Assembly (NCBI GenBank): GCA_009841075.1
Contig: VXMP01000048.1
Coordinates: 7,090 to 71,089, forward strand
DNA from: Acidimicrobiia bacterium
GTDB lineage: Bacteria > Actinomycetota > Acidimicrobiia > Spongiisociales > Spongiisociaceae
Direction: 5' to 3'
DNA length: 64,000 nucleotides
A program made the position numbers and the translations under genes. Each line of letters opens with the position of its first letter. The stretch's first letter is position 1. Shown here piece by piece: positions 9,170 through 18,829 of the stretch. The notes beneath the pieces were generated by a model. That model had not been told where the DNA came from. It worked only from the letters and a program-made list of their open reading frames with translations, and did not search any database.

Positions 9170-9410
9170 GGCAAATCCGCCAGAACGCGAAAATCGCTCA
9201 AAACGGGCTTCGCCCGTTGGTCCCGCCCCCACCTCCACCGGTCGGGACGCGTTCCGCTAAGGGTTGTACGGTTTGCGTCCCGAAGAAATGACCCACAAGT
9301 CGGGCGACGTCTAAGACCCCCCCCCCACCGCTTAGTATATGATAGAATGACAATGTATAACGGTACTGAGACAGAACCCAGGAGGTTACCCGAGAATGAG
9401 AAAAACTCAA
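9170..9410 (-). repeat. Diverged relative of the repeat element core (minus strand)
   Basis: Minus-strand order: box variant TTTTTCTCATTCTC (9392-9405), 9-bp stem TCGGGACGC/GCGTCCCGA (9242-9283), CGGTGGAGGTGGGGGCGGGACC, AACGGGC-GAA-GCCCGTT hairpin (9202-9218), TTTTCGCGTTCT (9182-9193). Same order as copies 1 and 2. Confidence 0.6.
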
Positions 9411-9494
9411 GTCAACATCACAAGTCCAAGAGATAACAGCAGCTAGAATGACCAATAAGCCGGACACTGGACGTCAAGCATATATTCGGATACT

Positions 9495-9776
9495 ATGATA
9501 CTCAGCTATGGAGACAAGAGAACGGAGATGTTTAGTGCAGGGGTGATTGTCCCGGCATTCCAAGGTTTTGAGCAACAAGCATCCAAACGGCTCTCCATCC
9601 TAAACGCAGCCCCCTCGCTGAAAACTTTGCGGGGGTTGCCCAGTAACAGGCTTAAAGCAATGCGAGGGAAAAGAAAGGGGCAGTACTCTATCCGTATCAA
9701 TAGGTAATGGCGAATATGCTTTACATGGTCCGGCACTACCGGACCTACAGACGTCGAAATCGTGGATTACCACTAG
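9495..9776 (+). pseudogene. higB: HigB (RelE/ParE-family) toxin with internal nonsense codon
   Basis: ...GQYSIRINR-TAA(9705-9707)-WRICFTW...DVEIVDYH-TAG. The HigB C-terminus continues in frame after the stop. Confidence 0.85.
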
Positions 9777-9791
9777 AAAGGAGTCCAAACC

Positions 9792-10097
9792 GTGTTCAAG
9801 CGGGCTATTCATCCCGGAGTAATACTCAAAGAGGAACTGGAGGAGCTGGGTGTCTTACCCACCGAGTTGGCGCGTCAAATCCAAGTCCCTCCCAACCGCA
9901 TCGGGCAGATCATTGCGGGCAAACGATCCTTGACCGCCGACACCGCGCTGCGATTGGGACACTGGTTCGGAGTTGAGGCCCGGTTCTGGCTTAACCTCCA
10001 AACCCAATATGACCTCACCATCGCCGAGCAGAACATCGGAACCGAGGTACAGGACCTGCCTTCCACAGCCGGTACCCGACACCTCCGCGCCGGCTAA
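9792..10097 (+). CDS. higA: HigA antitoxin (XRE-family HTH)
   Basis: IHPGVILKEE...TADTALRLGHWFG...FWLNLQTQYDL, directly after higB. Confidence 0.9.
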   Translation: MFKRAIHPGVILKEELEELGVLPTELARQIQVPPNRIGQIIAGKRSLTADTALRLGHWFGVEARFWLNLQTQYDLTIAEQNIGTEVQDLPSTAGTRHLRAG

Positions 10098-10265
10098 GAG
10101 AGCCAACCTGGGCCTTAAGTCGGGGTAGTGCGGGTTTTTAATTATCCGAATGTATATTTTCCCAGCTTGTGGTACCTACTCTTAGACCAATAGGGAACGG
10201 CAATACCCGGTAGTCGTTTGGGAAAAGGCCCCCTTGTTGTATCCATCACCAACCTGCCTAGATTA

Positions 10266-10455
10266 TGAATTCTAAGCGGTACATGGAGGACTCAGCTTGC
10301 ACCGATCTTCTGTGGAACGGACGAGGGGATGGGGTCGAGAAATTGTGCCCGGCCTGGTCGTTTCGTAACCTTCTTCAAGGTCTGAATTCGGGATGCCCTA
10401 TCGAAGGAGTAGGCCAAATCCCTTAGGTTCCGCCGCATTTTCCCCAGCTTCGCCA
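10266..10455 (+). repeat. Degenerate copy of the A-end/B/C modules of the repeat element
   Basis: GGTCGAGAAAT (10333) is identical to 1131. AACCTTCTTcAA...TTCGGGAT matches 15438-15464. TTAGGTTCCGCCGCATTTTCC matches TTAGGTTTCGTCGCCTGTTCC at ~1217. Confidence 0.6.
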
Positions 10456-10470
10456 GAGAGGTGGGTGGGG

Positions 10471-11328
10471 CTAGGTGGGGCGATCCAGCAGGGCTTTAAT
10501 TTCTTTTGCTACCAGATCGGGGCGTTCCATAGGGACCAGGTGGTTCTGATCCGGCATATAGGTGGTGGCGGCGTTTGGTATCGCCTCGGGTAGCTCGGCC
10601 AGGGCAGGTGCCAGATCCCCGGAGTGGCCGGTTATGACCAGACGGGTCGGAGCTTCCAGTTCGGATAGATGCGAGAAGGCACCGCATTCGGCACCGGTGG
10701 TAAAAACTTCCGCCTCGACCTCCCGTTTGCAGCGCAGCGTCAAGCCGCCCTCCGGTGCCTCCCGGAAACCATGGTCAAGGTAGGCTCGGAACACGTCAGG
10801 ATGCCAGCGCTGGAAAAGCGGCTTGGCCAGATAGGTTTCGGTCAGCTCCTGGTGGGAGGAGAACCAGGTGCGGCGGCGGGCGGCACCCTGGGCAAGCCCC
10901 AGCCCCGGATTCCTGACAAAAGGTGGAGGGATGAGAACCGGCTCCACCAGCACCAGACCGGAAAAAGTACCCGGCCTGAGGGTCTCGGTCAACACCAGCA
11001 CGGTTCCCCCCATCGAATGGCCCACCCCCACCACCGTTTCCGGTAACCGTCCTCTCGACTCCTGATGGCGGATGATCTCAATCAGATCCTCGCCGAACGT
11101 CCACCAGGAGACCGGCATCTCCAAGGGGGGTGCCAGACCGTGACCCCGCACATCCCAGGCCAGGGCGGAAGCGGCAACATCCTGCTCCCTCAAACTATCA
11201 ACTACCGGTCGCCACATCTCCTTGCAGAATCCCGTGGCATGCGCCAAGAGCAGCAAAACGTCCGGGTCGCCCGGATGCCATTCCAACGCCTCGGAATCCA
11301 TGTACGATCCCGACCTACCCGCCACCAT
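10471..11328 (-). CDS. Alpha/beta hydrolase
   Basis: HATGF oxyanion motif, GHSMGG nucleophile elbow, C-terminal HLVPME. Real start possibly ATG 11301. Confidence 0.85.
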   Translation of the reverse strand: MVAGRSGSYMDSEALEWHPGDPDVLLLLAHATGFCKEMWRPVVDSLREQDVAASALAWDVRGHGLAPPLEMPVSWWTFGEDLIEIIRHQESRGRLPETVVGVGHSMGGTVLVLTETLRPGTFSGLVLVEPVLIPPPFVRNPGLGLAQGAARRRTWFSSHQELTETYLAKPLFQRWHPDVFRAYLDHGFREAPEGGLTLRCKREVEAEVFTTGAECGAFSHLSELEAPTRLVITGHSGDLAPALAELPEAIPNAATTYMPDQNHLVPMERPDLVAKEIKALLDRPT

Positions 11329-11349
11329 AAACCCGGAGACTGCTTCCCT

Positions 11350-14049
11350 TTAGTCGTCGGCGTGCCAGGGATGGACCGCCTCCGGGTCGACGCCGTAGCG
11401 GCGAATGGCATCGCCCACAGTCTGCGGGTCGATCTCGCCGGTTCGGGCCAGCTGATCCAAGACCGCCACCACCACGTTGGGGCCATCCACCTCGAAGAAA
11501 CGGCGCAGGCTATCCCGGGCGTCGGAGCGCCCGAAGCCATCGGTCCCCAGGGAAGTGTATGGGGCGGGAATCCAGCGGGCTACCTGATCGGGAACCAACC
11601 GCATATAGTCGGTCACCGCCACCGCCGGACCGTTTCCTCCGGCCAGGTTTTGGGTCACCATCGGAATCCGGGCGGTCTGGTCGGGATGGAGACGGTTCCA
11701 GCGTTCGGTGGCGATGGCGTCGTCCCGGAGGCGGCTGTAGGAGGTCACACTCCATAGCTCCGCACCCACGTCATAGCGCTCGGCGAGCTCGGCCTTGGCC
11801 CATCGGGCGGCACTGTGACCGGGGCCGGAGAACAGTATCTGCGCCCGGTGGGCGTAGCCTTCGGGGGCTTCTGCGAACCGATACATACCGCTCACAATCC
11901 CCTCCCGTACCCCGTCGGGCATGGGCGGCTGCACATAGTTCTCATTGTAGATGGTGAGGTAGAAGATGACGTCGTCCTGATCGACACACATCCTCTGCAG
12001 GCCGTGTTCAACAATGACGGCCAGCTCGTAGGCGAAGGCCGGGTCGTAGCTGACCACCGCCGGATTGGTGGAGGCCAGGATCAGGCTATGGCCGTCCTGA
12101 TGCTGAAGTCCCTCCCCCGCCAAGGTGGTTCGTCCGGCCGTCCCTCCCATCAGAAATCCCCGGGCCCGGGCGTCGGCCGCCTGCCAGATCAGATCGCCCA
12201 CCCGCTGGAAGCCGAACATCGAATAGAAGGTGAAGAAGGGGACGGTCATCACCCCACGGTCGGCGTAGGAGGTGCCGGAAGCGATGAAACTGCACATGGA
12301 ACCGGCTTCGGTGATGCCCTCCTCCAGGATCTGTCCGTCCTGGGATTCCTTGTAGGAGAGCAGCAGAGCGGCGTCGATGGGCTCGTATTTCTGTCCGCCC
12401 GAGGCGTAGATCTTGAGCTCACGGAACAGGCCGTCCATGCCGAAGGTGCGGGCTTCATCAGGGACGATCGGCACCACCCGCTCCCCGAAACTCTTGTCCC
12501 TGGCCAACCCCCTCAGCAGCCTGACGAAGGCCATGGTGGTGGAGGCCTCATGGCTACCGGTTCCGGCGTAGAACTCGTCGTAGATGGACGGGTCGGGCAG
12601 GGCAATCTCCTTTTTGGCCCGAACGGTCCGATAGGGCAGGATCCCGTTCAAGGCCTTCCGTCGGTCCATCATGTATTGATACTCGGAGGACTCCTTGCTG
12701 AACCGACAGTAGGGAAGCTGCTTGCCGTCCTCCAGAACCTCGTCCGGTATGTCTTCCTCCAGGTTGAGGCGTTCACGCAGCTGCCGGAACTGTTCGTTGG
12801 ACATCTTTTTGATCTGATGGGTGGCGTTGCGGCCCTCGATATCAGGGCCCAGGGTCCAGCCTTTGATGGTTTTGGCCAGGATGACGGTGGGGGCACCGGT
12901 TTGTTCGGTGGCGGCCTTGTAGGCGGCGTACAGCTTCTTGTAGTCGTGGCCGCCTCTGGGAAGCTTCTCCAACTCCTGATCGGTGAGATGTTCCACCATG
13001 CGCCGGAGCCGAGGATCGGCCCCGAAGAACTCTTCCCGAACCTGGGCACCGGGTAGTGACTTGAGGCGCTGGTAGGTACCGTCCACAGTGGCGTTCATCT
13101 GGTCAAGCAGTACCCCGTCCACATCGGCGGCGATGAGCTCGTCCCAGCCCCAGCCCCAGATCACCTTGATGACGTTCCAGCCCGCTCCTCGGAACACAGC
13201 TTCGAGCTCTTGGATGATCTTGCCGTTACCTCGCACCGGGCCGTCCAGCCGCTGCAGGTTGCAGTTGATCACCCAGATCAGGTTGTCGAGGTTCTCTCGG
13301 GCGGCCAGGGAGATAGAACCGAGCGTTTCCGGCTCGTCGCATTCGCCGTCCCCGATGAAACACCACACCCTGGATTCGCGGGTGTCGTCCAGACCCCGAT
13401 TGTGGAGGTAACGGTTGAAGCGGGCCTGATAGATGGAGGCGATCGGGCCGAGACCCATCGAAACGGTGGGGTACTCCCAGAAGTCGGGCATCAGGCGGGG
13501 ATGAGGGTAGGAGGACAGCCCGTTCGGGGCCAGCTCTCGGCGGAAATTGTCGAGATGTCCCTCGTCGAGACGGCGTTCCAGGAAAGCTCGGGCGTAGATA
13601 CCGGGGGCGGCGTGGCCTTGGATGTAGACGTGATCGCCGGACTGGTCGTCGGTTTTACCTCGGAAGAAGTGGTTGAAACCCACCTCGTATTGGGCGGCGG
13701 ATGAGGCGAAGGTGGACAGGTGACCGCCGATCCCTTCCACGGCTTTGTTGGCCTTGACCACCATCACCGCCGCGTTCCAGCGGATAAACCGTCGGATCCG
13801 CTTCTCCAGGTATTCGTCGCCGGGGAACCAGGCCTGCTCCTCGGCCGGGATGGTGTTGACGTAGGGGGTGGAGATGGTGGGCGGGTAACCCACCTGCAGA
13901 TCTCGGGCGCGGCTGAGCAGGGCACGCACCAGGAACCGGGCCCGGGCCTCGCCTCGGAAATTGACCACCGCCTCCAGGGAGTCGACCCATTCCCTGGTCT
14001 CTTCCGGGTCGATGTCGGGTAGCTGTCGGAAGAACCCGTCTATCTTCAA
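11350..14049 (-). CDS. aceE: Pyruvate dehydrogenase E1, homodimeric type
   Basis: DIDPEETREW, GGHLSTFAS, LSSYPHPRLMPDFWEYPTVSMGLG, GDGECDEPE. Likely start TTG 14049. Confidence 0.95.
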   Translation of the reverse strand: MKIDGFFRQLPDIDPEETREWVDSLEAVVNFRGEARARFLVRALLSRARDLQVGYPPTISTPYVNTIPAEEQAWFPGDEYLEKRIRRFIRWNAAVMVVKANKAVEGIGGHLSTFASSAAQYEVGFNHFFRGKTDDQSGDHVYIQGHAAPGIYARAFLERRLDEGHLDNFRRELAPNGLSSYPHPRLMPDFWEYPTVSMGLGPIASIYQARFNRYLHNRGLDDTRESRVWCFIGDGECDEPETLGSISLAARENLDNLIWVINCNLQRLDGPVRGNGKIIQELEAVFRGAGWNVIKVIWGWGWDELIAADVDGVLLDQMNATVDGTYQRLKSLPGAQVREEFFGADPRLRRMVEHLTDQELEKLPRGGHDYKKLYAAYKAATEQTGAPTVILAKTIKGWTLGPDIEGRNATHQIKKMSNEQFRQLRERLNLEEDIPDEVLEDGKQLPYCRFSKESSEYQYMMDRRKALNGILPYRTVRAKKEIALPDPSIYDEFYAGTGSHEASTTMAFVRLLRGLARDKSFGERVVPIVPDEARTFGMDGLFRELKIYASGGQKYEPIDAALLLSYKESQDGQILEEGITEAGSMCSFIASGTSYADRGVMTVPFFTFYSMFGFQRVGDLIWQAADARARGFLMGGTAGRTTLAGEGLQHQDGHSLILASTNPAVVSYDPAFAYELAVIVEHGLQRMCVDQDDVIFYLTIYNENYVQPPMPDGVREGIVSGMYRFAEAPEGYAHRAQILFSGPGHSAARWAKAELAERYDVGAELWSVTSYSRLRDDAIATERWNRLHPDQTARIPMVTQNLAGGNGPAVAVTDYMRLVPDQVARWIPAPYTSLGTDGFGRSDARDSLRRFFEVDGPNVVVAVLDQLARTGEIDPQTVGDAIRRYGVDPEAVHPWHADD

Positions 14050-14198
14050 GCGCCCCTCATCCTCCTTTCCGGATGCGATCCCGTTTTTGCCATACCCAAC
14101 TCTATATAGGTTGAAGGGGTTCTGAACCGACAAATCTGCTTCGCGGCGAATCCATCGTTTTAGAGCCGTCCGCCTCCGTCTAGTAGCGTGAAAGAAAT

Positions 14199-15368
14199 AT
14201 GAGCATTTGGCGGCTGGATCCGGACGTGATCCACCTGAATCACGGTTCCTTCGGTGCCACCCCCATCGCCGCCTTGGAGGAACAGCAACGGCTCCGTGAC
14301 GACATGGAGTCCAACCCCACCCGATGGTTCCTTCAGGATTACCAACCGGCTCTGGATGCAGCCCGATCCCAGGTGGCCGAGTTTGTGGGTGCCGACCCCA
14401 CCTGGCTGGGGTTTGTCAACAACGTCACCGAGGGGGTGAACTCGGTGCTGCGCTCCTTGGAAACTTCCTTGGGTCCCGGCGACGAGATGGTGATGACCGA
14501 CCACATCTACAACGCCTGCCGCAACGCTTTGGAGGTCACCGCCGCCCGATCCGGGGCACGGTTGGTGACCGTGGGCATCCCTTTTCCTATTCAATCTGTC
14601 CAGGAGGTGACCGATCTGATCCTGGGTGCGGTGACCGACCGCACCAAATTGCTGATGATCGACTGGGTTACCTCTCCCACCGCCTTGGTCCTGCCGCTGG
14701 AGGACATCGTCTCGGCACTGGAACCGGACGTCCAGGTGTTGGTGGACGCCGCCCACGGGCCGGGCATGATCGACATCGACCTGACCGCCCTGGGTGCCTC
14801 CTATGTGACCTTCAACTGTCATAAGTGGATGTGCTCCCCGAAGGGGTCTGGAATCCTGTATGTGCGGGAGGACCATCGAGAGCGGATCTATCCGGCGGTG
14901 ATCAGCCACGGTTACAACGGGGGATGGCCGGCGGAGGGAGGGCATCTGCACACCCAGTTCGACTGGACCGGGACCGACGATCCCACCGCCTGGCTGGCTA
15001 CCCCGACGGCTCTGGAGGCGGTGGCAGGCCTCCAACCCGACGGATGGGAGGGAATCAGGCGCACCAACCGGGAACTGTGCCTGACCGGACGCGATATGTT
15101 GGCCGACCTGCTGGGTATCGACCCGCCTGCTCCTGACGACATGATCGGGTCGATCGCTTCGGTTCCCCTTCCCGACCACCTACCCGGTGGTGGCACCATT
15201 TTCAACCCGTTGATGACCCGACTTAGAACCGAATGGGATATCGAGGTGATGGTGATGAGTTGGCCGGATCCGTCCCGATCGTTGCTGCGTATCTCTACCC
15301 AGCAGTACAACATCATTGAGGATCTGGAACGGCTGGCCGAGGCGGTCAAGTCCGAGTTGAACCTCTGA
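14199..15368 (+). CDS. Class V PLP aminotransferase (isopenicillin N epimerase / C-S lyase-like)
   Basis: HLNHGSFGA, VDAAHGPG, NCHKWMCSPKG (PLP Lys), DWTGTDD. Confidence 0.8.
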   Translation: MSIWRLDPDVIHLNHGSFGATPIAALEEQQRLRDDMESNPTRWFLQDYQPALDAARSQVAEFVGADPTWLGFVNNVTEGVNSVLRSLETSLGPGDEMVMTDHIYNACRNALEVTAARSGARLVTVGIPFPIQSVQEVTDLILGAVTDRTKLLMIDWVTSPTALVLPLEDIVSALEPDVQVLVDAAHGPGMIDIDLTALGASYVTFNCHKWMCSPKGSGILYVREDHRERIYPAVISHGYNGGWPAEGGHLHTQFDWTGTDDPTAWLATPTALEAVAGLQPDGWEGIRRTNRELCLTGRDMLADLLGIDPPAPDDMIGSIASVPLPDHLPGGGTIFNPLMTRLRTEWDIEVMVMSWPDPSRSLLRISTQQYNIIEDLERLAEAVKSELNL

Positions 15369-15860
15369 ACACCCCGAACCCGGGTACGCCAAAACCCAGG
15401 ATTGGTTCGGGAACCTGGCCTCTCGTTTGTCCTCCCGAACCTTCTTGAACAGATCGTTCGGGATACTCCAACCGAGGGACACCCGACCTTCCTTAAGGTG
15501 GGTTTAAATTTGCCTTGGGTGGTTTTTTCGCGTTCTCAAAATTAGGGGTTGAATTTGTCTGAAAGTCATGATACGTAGGGGGTTGCCAAGCACCGAAGGC
15601 CGGGTAAGAGGAACAGGAACCCCGATCGGATCCCCGGCAACTCAGGGAACATAAACGTATGGAGCGAAAGCCAAACAGTAGTCTCCCGGCTTCAGTCCGG
15701 GCATGGCTCACCACGCTCCTTCTTCGGAGGCGGGGGCGGGGGCTGGGGCCCGGCGTAGCCGGGCGAGGTGTGTCGATTTTCGCGTTCTCGGGTGTGTTTG
15801 CCCTGGTTGTAACGTTTTTGATGGAACATAGGCTGAGGACTTTATAGGTGGGGCGTGAAC
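15366..15860 (+). repeat. Dispersed structured non-coding element, copy 2 (module order B-A), bounded by a TGAAC direct repeat
   Basis: Homologous to 707-1196 but permuted. TGAAC at 15366-15370 and 15856-15860. Fills the entire gap between two convergent stop codons. Confidence 0.85.
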
Positions 15861-18458
15861 TTAGATTCCCTCGGACAAGTGTTCAGGGGCGGTGGCCGGT
15901 TCTCGAAGGTTCGGGGCATTCAGGCTTGGATCCGGCGCTATCCGGTTGCGTCTAAAACGGCGTGACAGGGAGATCAAGCCCCACGACAACAGGCCTATCA
16001 AGCCGGACAGGGTGGCCCAGGCACCCACTCTCTCCACCCAGGTGTTCTCGAAGACCAGCTCCACCGTGTCCTCGGTGGGGACTACCACCATGAAGGAAGG
16101 GGTAACCCGCCAGGGCCCCTCGGCACCGTAGGCCTGCCAGTTGGGGAAGTAGGACACCTTGACCAGATGGGGAATCCCCACCCCGCTGGTTTGGAAGGCT
16201 ATCCGATGATCTTGCAACACCACGTCCGAAATCTCCACATCCGAAGCGGCCGGAATAGGAACCCGGGTGCCCTCCATCTCCAGGTTGGTTCGCTCCCAAT
16301 CGTCCGGGCCTCCGGCGGCGATCCATTGGTCCAGCATCCCCAGGTTCTGGTACCAATCCAGCGCCACGTCCACGAAATGGGGTTCGGTGCCGGCGCGGAA
16401 GATTCCGGCCATACTGGAGAACAACCGGGAGGGGGGACCCTCATAAACCCAGGGTTGGTTAACCGCGGGCACCACCAGCGAGCTTTCCGGCAGGGCGAAG
16501 ATCCGGAAGGGTTCGCTTTCGGCGATGAAGGTGAAGTCGGGATGTTGGTCGGCCATTTCCTTGGCTTGGTCGGTGAAGGCCACGTAATAGGACACGTTGA
16601 ACAGATCCATATGCCGGGCACCGCGTCGGAAGTCACGGTTGTAGTAGGTCAACCCGGGGATGGGGTTGGAAGGGCTATAGCTCAGCTCGGCGGCGTTGAG
16701 GAAATGAAACGGGGTGGTTATGGATGACTCGAAGAACAGACCTTCCATCGATGGGTGGGAGCCTTCGGTCCAATAGGGGAAGAGCATGGGGGACATAGGC
16801 GTACCGTATTGGTTGAGATCCGAATTGGCCTCCCACTGGACCCGACCCGGGGGCAGGTCGTTGATGGTGGACATCAGACCCTCGTATTCGGGCCATACGG
16901 TCTTGCCTTCGTAACCTCCATAGTTCCACCGTGCCCAGGCTGCGGCGTAGTGCTGGTCGGTGGCTACCCCCAGAAAAACGGTTCCGACCAGGGATAAGGC
17001 GGCCACTACCGGCAGAACGGTTCGGGTGGAGGGTTGATCTGCGTTTGCCAACAGCAACAGCATGACGATACCCGCCGCCATCAGCAGCAGGTCCGGACCC
17101 GATATACGGTCAATCACCAGCTCGGGCTGAATCCATCCCACCCAGCCGTTATCGCCTTCCGTAATCGTGGCCGACCCGCCTATGTCGGGGCCCAGCACCA
17201 GCACCAATACCAGGGCGACAATCCCGCTTTGGACCAGCCATTTCGGGGCGCGCTCCGGAAGCCGCCGACAGATGGAAATGATCAACAGCCCTACCCCGAT
17301 ACCGGCAAAAACGTGCAGTCCGAAGTACCAGTGCGGGAGGGTGCGTCCGTTCCATAGCTTGGCTCCTTGGCTGAGCAGGAAGAAGGCCGGGACCGGGATG
17401 AGTGTCAAGCCGGCCAGGGCCACCGCTCGGCCGGTTCTCCGTAGGGCTACCGCCAACCCGAACAGGCCCAGAATGGCGATAGGCCAGAACTCGACGGGAA
17501 CCAGCTCGTCAAATCCGGTTAGGGGTTGCCAGTTCATGTCGGTGGTGTAACCCAACCGGATGATCAGGGGCAACGCCCAGAAGGCGGCCAGAAGGAACCC
17601 GACCGCCCAGGTGCCGGGCACCATCCACCAGGGGGTAGGGGAATGTTCATCGCCGGTCGAGCCGGTGCGGAGCCGTTCCCACCAAGCGGACCGTCCCACC
17701 AGGACGAACAACGAGGCTATCACTACTCCGATAGTCGGGATGACATGACAGAGAGCGGTTCCGGCCAGGGTGACCGCCGCCCAGACGAAATACCTACGAT
17801 CCTCGTGAACCGCCCGGATCAGGCAGCCCAGATAGAGCAGGGAAAAGGCGAAAGACCAGGAATAGGCGAACTCACCGGCCAGGCTGGAGGCGATGGTTCC
17901 GCCGAAGATGTTGGGTGTGGGGGTTTCCATGAATGCGTAGAGACCGCCGGAAGCGGCACCGATCATGGCGACCGGACGGGAAAAACCCATCGACCGTACC
18001 AGGAAGAAGGTGGCGGGGGCGAGGGCGACCAGCCCCATTACGGTGACCAGTTTGAAAGCCACCCCGTAGGGAAGCACCAGATCGAGCCCGACTATCACCA
18101 GGGAGGGGAGCGGAAAGTAGAAGTAGAAGATCGGGAAGCCGGCAAACCAGCTGTTGGACCAGCCCATGATCCGACCGGACGGAAGCAGCACGTCCCGCAG
18201 GTAGGCGGGGCCTAAGACGTGGGCACCCATATCGCCGCCGGTCGGGGTGTTGGCCACCAGCAGAAGGTGGGGGGCCATGGTCAGCAAGGTGATGGCCGAG
18301 ACCAGTGCCACGATCAGGGTGGTGGTCCGAACCGAAAACCCGGCCGCCCGAACCGACGAGGTCGGCTTGGTTAGAGGTTGTTCTTGCGAAACCGTGGTGG
18401 AGGGATACGGCTCGGTGTCGTCTGTCGAGAAGTCGGTATGGTGGTCGTTGGGGCTCAT
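15861..18458 (-). CDS. Polytopic membrane protein, PTPS-related / GT-C-like glycosyltransferase family
   Basis: TPTGGDMGAH, GWSNSWFAGFP.FYFYFP, SLAGEFAYS, many TM segments, C-terminal LVKVSYFPNW. Confidence 0.7.
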   Translation of the reverse strand: MSPNDHHTDFSTDDTEPYPSTTVSQEQPLTKPTSSVRAAGFSVRTTTLIVALVSAITLLTMAPHLLLVANTPTGGDMGAHVLGPAYLRDVLLPSGRIMGWSNSWFAGFPIFYFYFPLPSLVIVGLDLVLPYGVAFKLVTVMGLVALAPATFFLVRSMGFSRPVAMIGAASGGLYAFMETPTPNIFGGTIASSLAGEFAYSWSFAFSLLYLGCLIRAVHEDRRYFVWAAVTLAGTALCHVIPTIGVVIASLFVLVGRSAWWERLRTGSTGDEHSPTPWWMVPGTWAVGFLLAAFWALPLIIRLGYTTDMNWQPLTGFDELVPVEFWPIAILGLFGLAVALRRTGRAVALAGLTLIPVPAFFLLSQGAKLWNGRTLPHWYFGLHVFAGIGVGLLIISICRRLPERAPKWLVQSGIVALVLVLVLGPDIGGSATITEGDNGWVGWIQPELVIDRISGPDLLLMAAGIVMLLLLANADQPSTRTVLPVVAALSLVGTVFLGVATDQHYAAAWARWNYGGYEGKTVWPEYEGLMSTINDLPPGRVQWEANSDLNQYGTPMSPMLFPYWTEGSHPSMEGLFFESSITTPFHFLNAAELSYSPSNPIPGLTYYNRDFRRGARHMDLFNVSYYVAFTDQAKEMADQHPDFTFIAESEPFRIFALPESSLVVPAVNQPWVYEGPPSRLFSSMAGIFRAGTEPHFVDVALDWYQNLGMLDQWIAAGGPDDWERTNLEMEGTRVPIPAASDVEISDVVLQDHRIAFQTSGVGIPHLVKVSYFPNWQAYGAEGPWRVTPSFMVVVPTEDTVELVFENTWVERVGAWATLSGLIGLLSWGLISLSRRFRRNRIAPDPSLNAPNLREPATAPEHLSEGI

Positions 18459-18829
18459 ATCCGCATTTTCTTGGCTGCTCTCCGAAGTGCCCTCGGCTTG
18501 GGGATGTGGGGTAAGGTCACCGCCTGCCCTTTAGATCCCACTACCACGCTCAGGGGGATGCCGGTGACCCCGACCCGGGCCAGCAGATCGGAATGTTCCT
18601 CCCAGCTGATCTCGGTAAATCCGTTGGCCCCCAGCACCTGACGGTGAACTATACGGGCCTCTTCGCAGGTATCGCATCCGGCTGCGGTGAACAGGTAGAC
18701 GCCCGGGCCGTCCAGGTTCCCCTCCACCTGGGGCGTGAAACGGGATCGGTGGCGAAACCTTCCCACCAACGTCACCGTCATGACTCCGGCCAGCACCAAA
18801 AGCAACCGGACCATCAGCTCTTCATTCAA
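18455..18829 (-). CDS. Membrane-anchored thioredoxin-fold protein
   Basis: N-terminal TM helix, FTAAGCDTC CxxC motif, cis-Pro region GIP. Overlaps both neighbours. Confidence 0.6.
   Translation of the reverse strand: MNEELMVRLLLVLAGVMTVTLVGRFRHRSRFTPQVEGNLDGPGVYLFTAAGCDTCEEARIVHRQVLGANGFTEISWEEHSDLLARVGVTGIPLSVVVGSKGQAVTLPHIPKPRALRRAAKKMRI

Noticed and set aside
9317-9326. C10 homopolymer as a phase-variation switch
   Set aside because: Not in a credible ORF or defined promoter spacer; it lies within the degenerate repeat.
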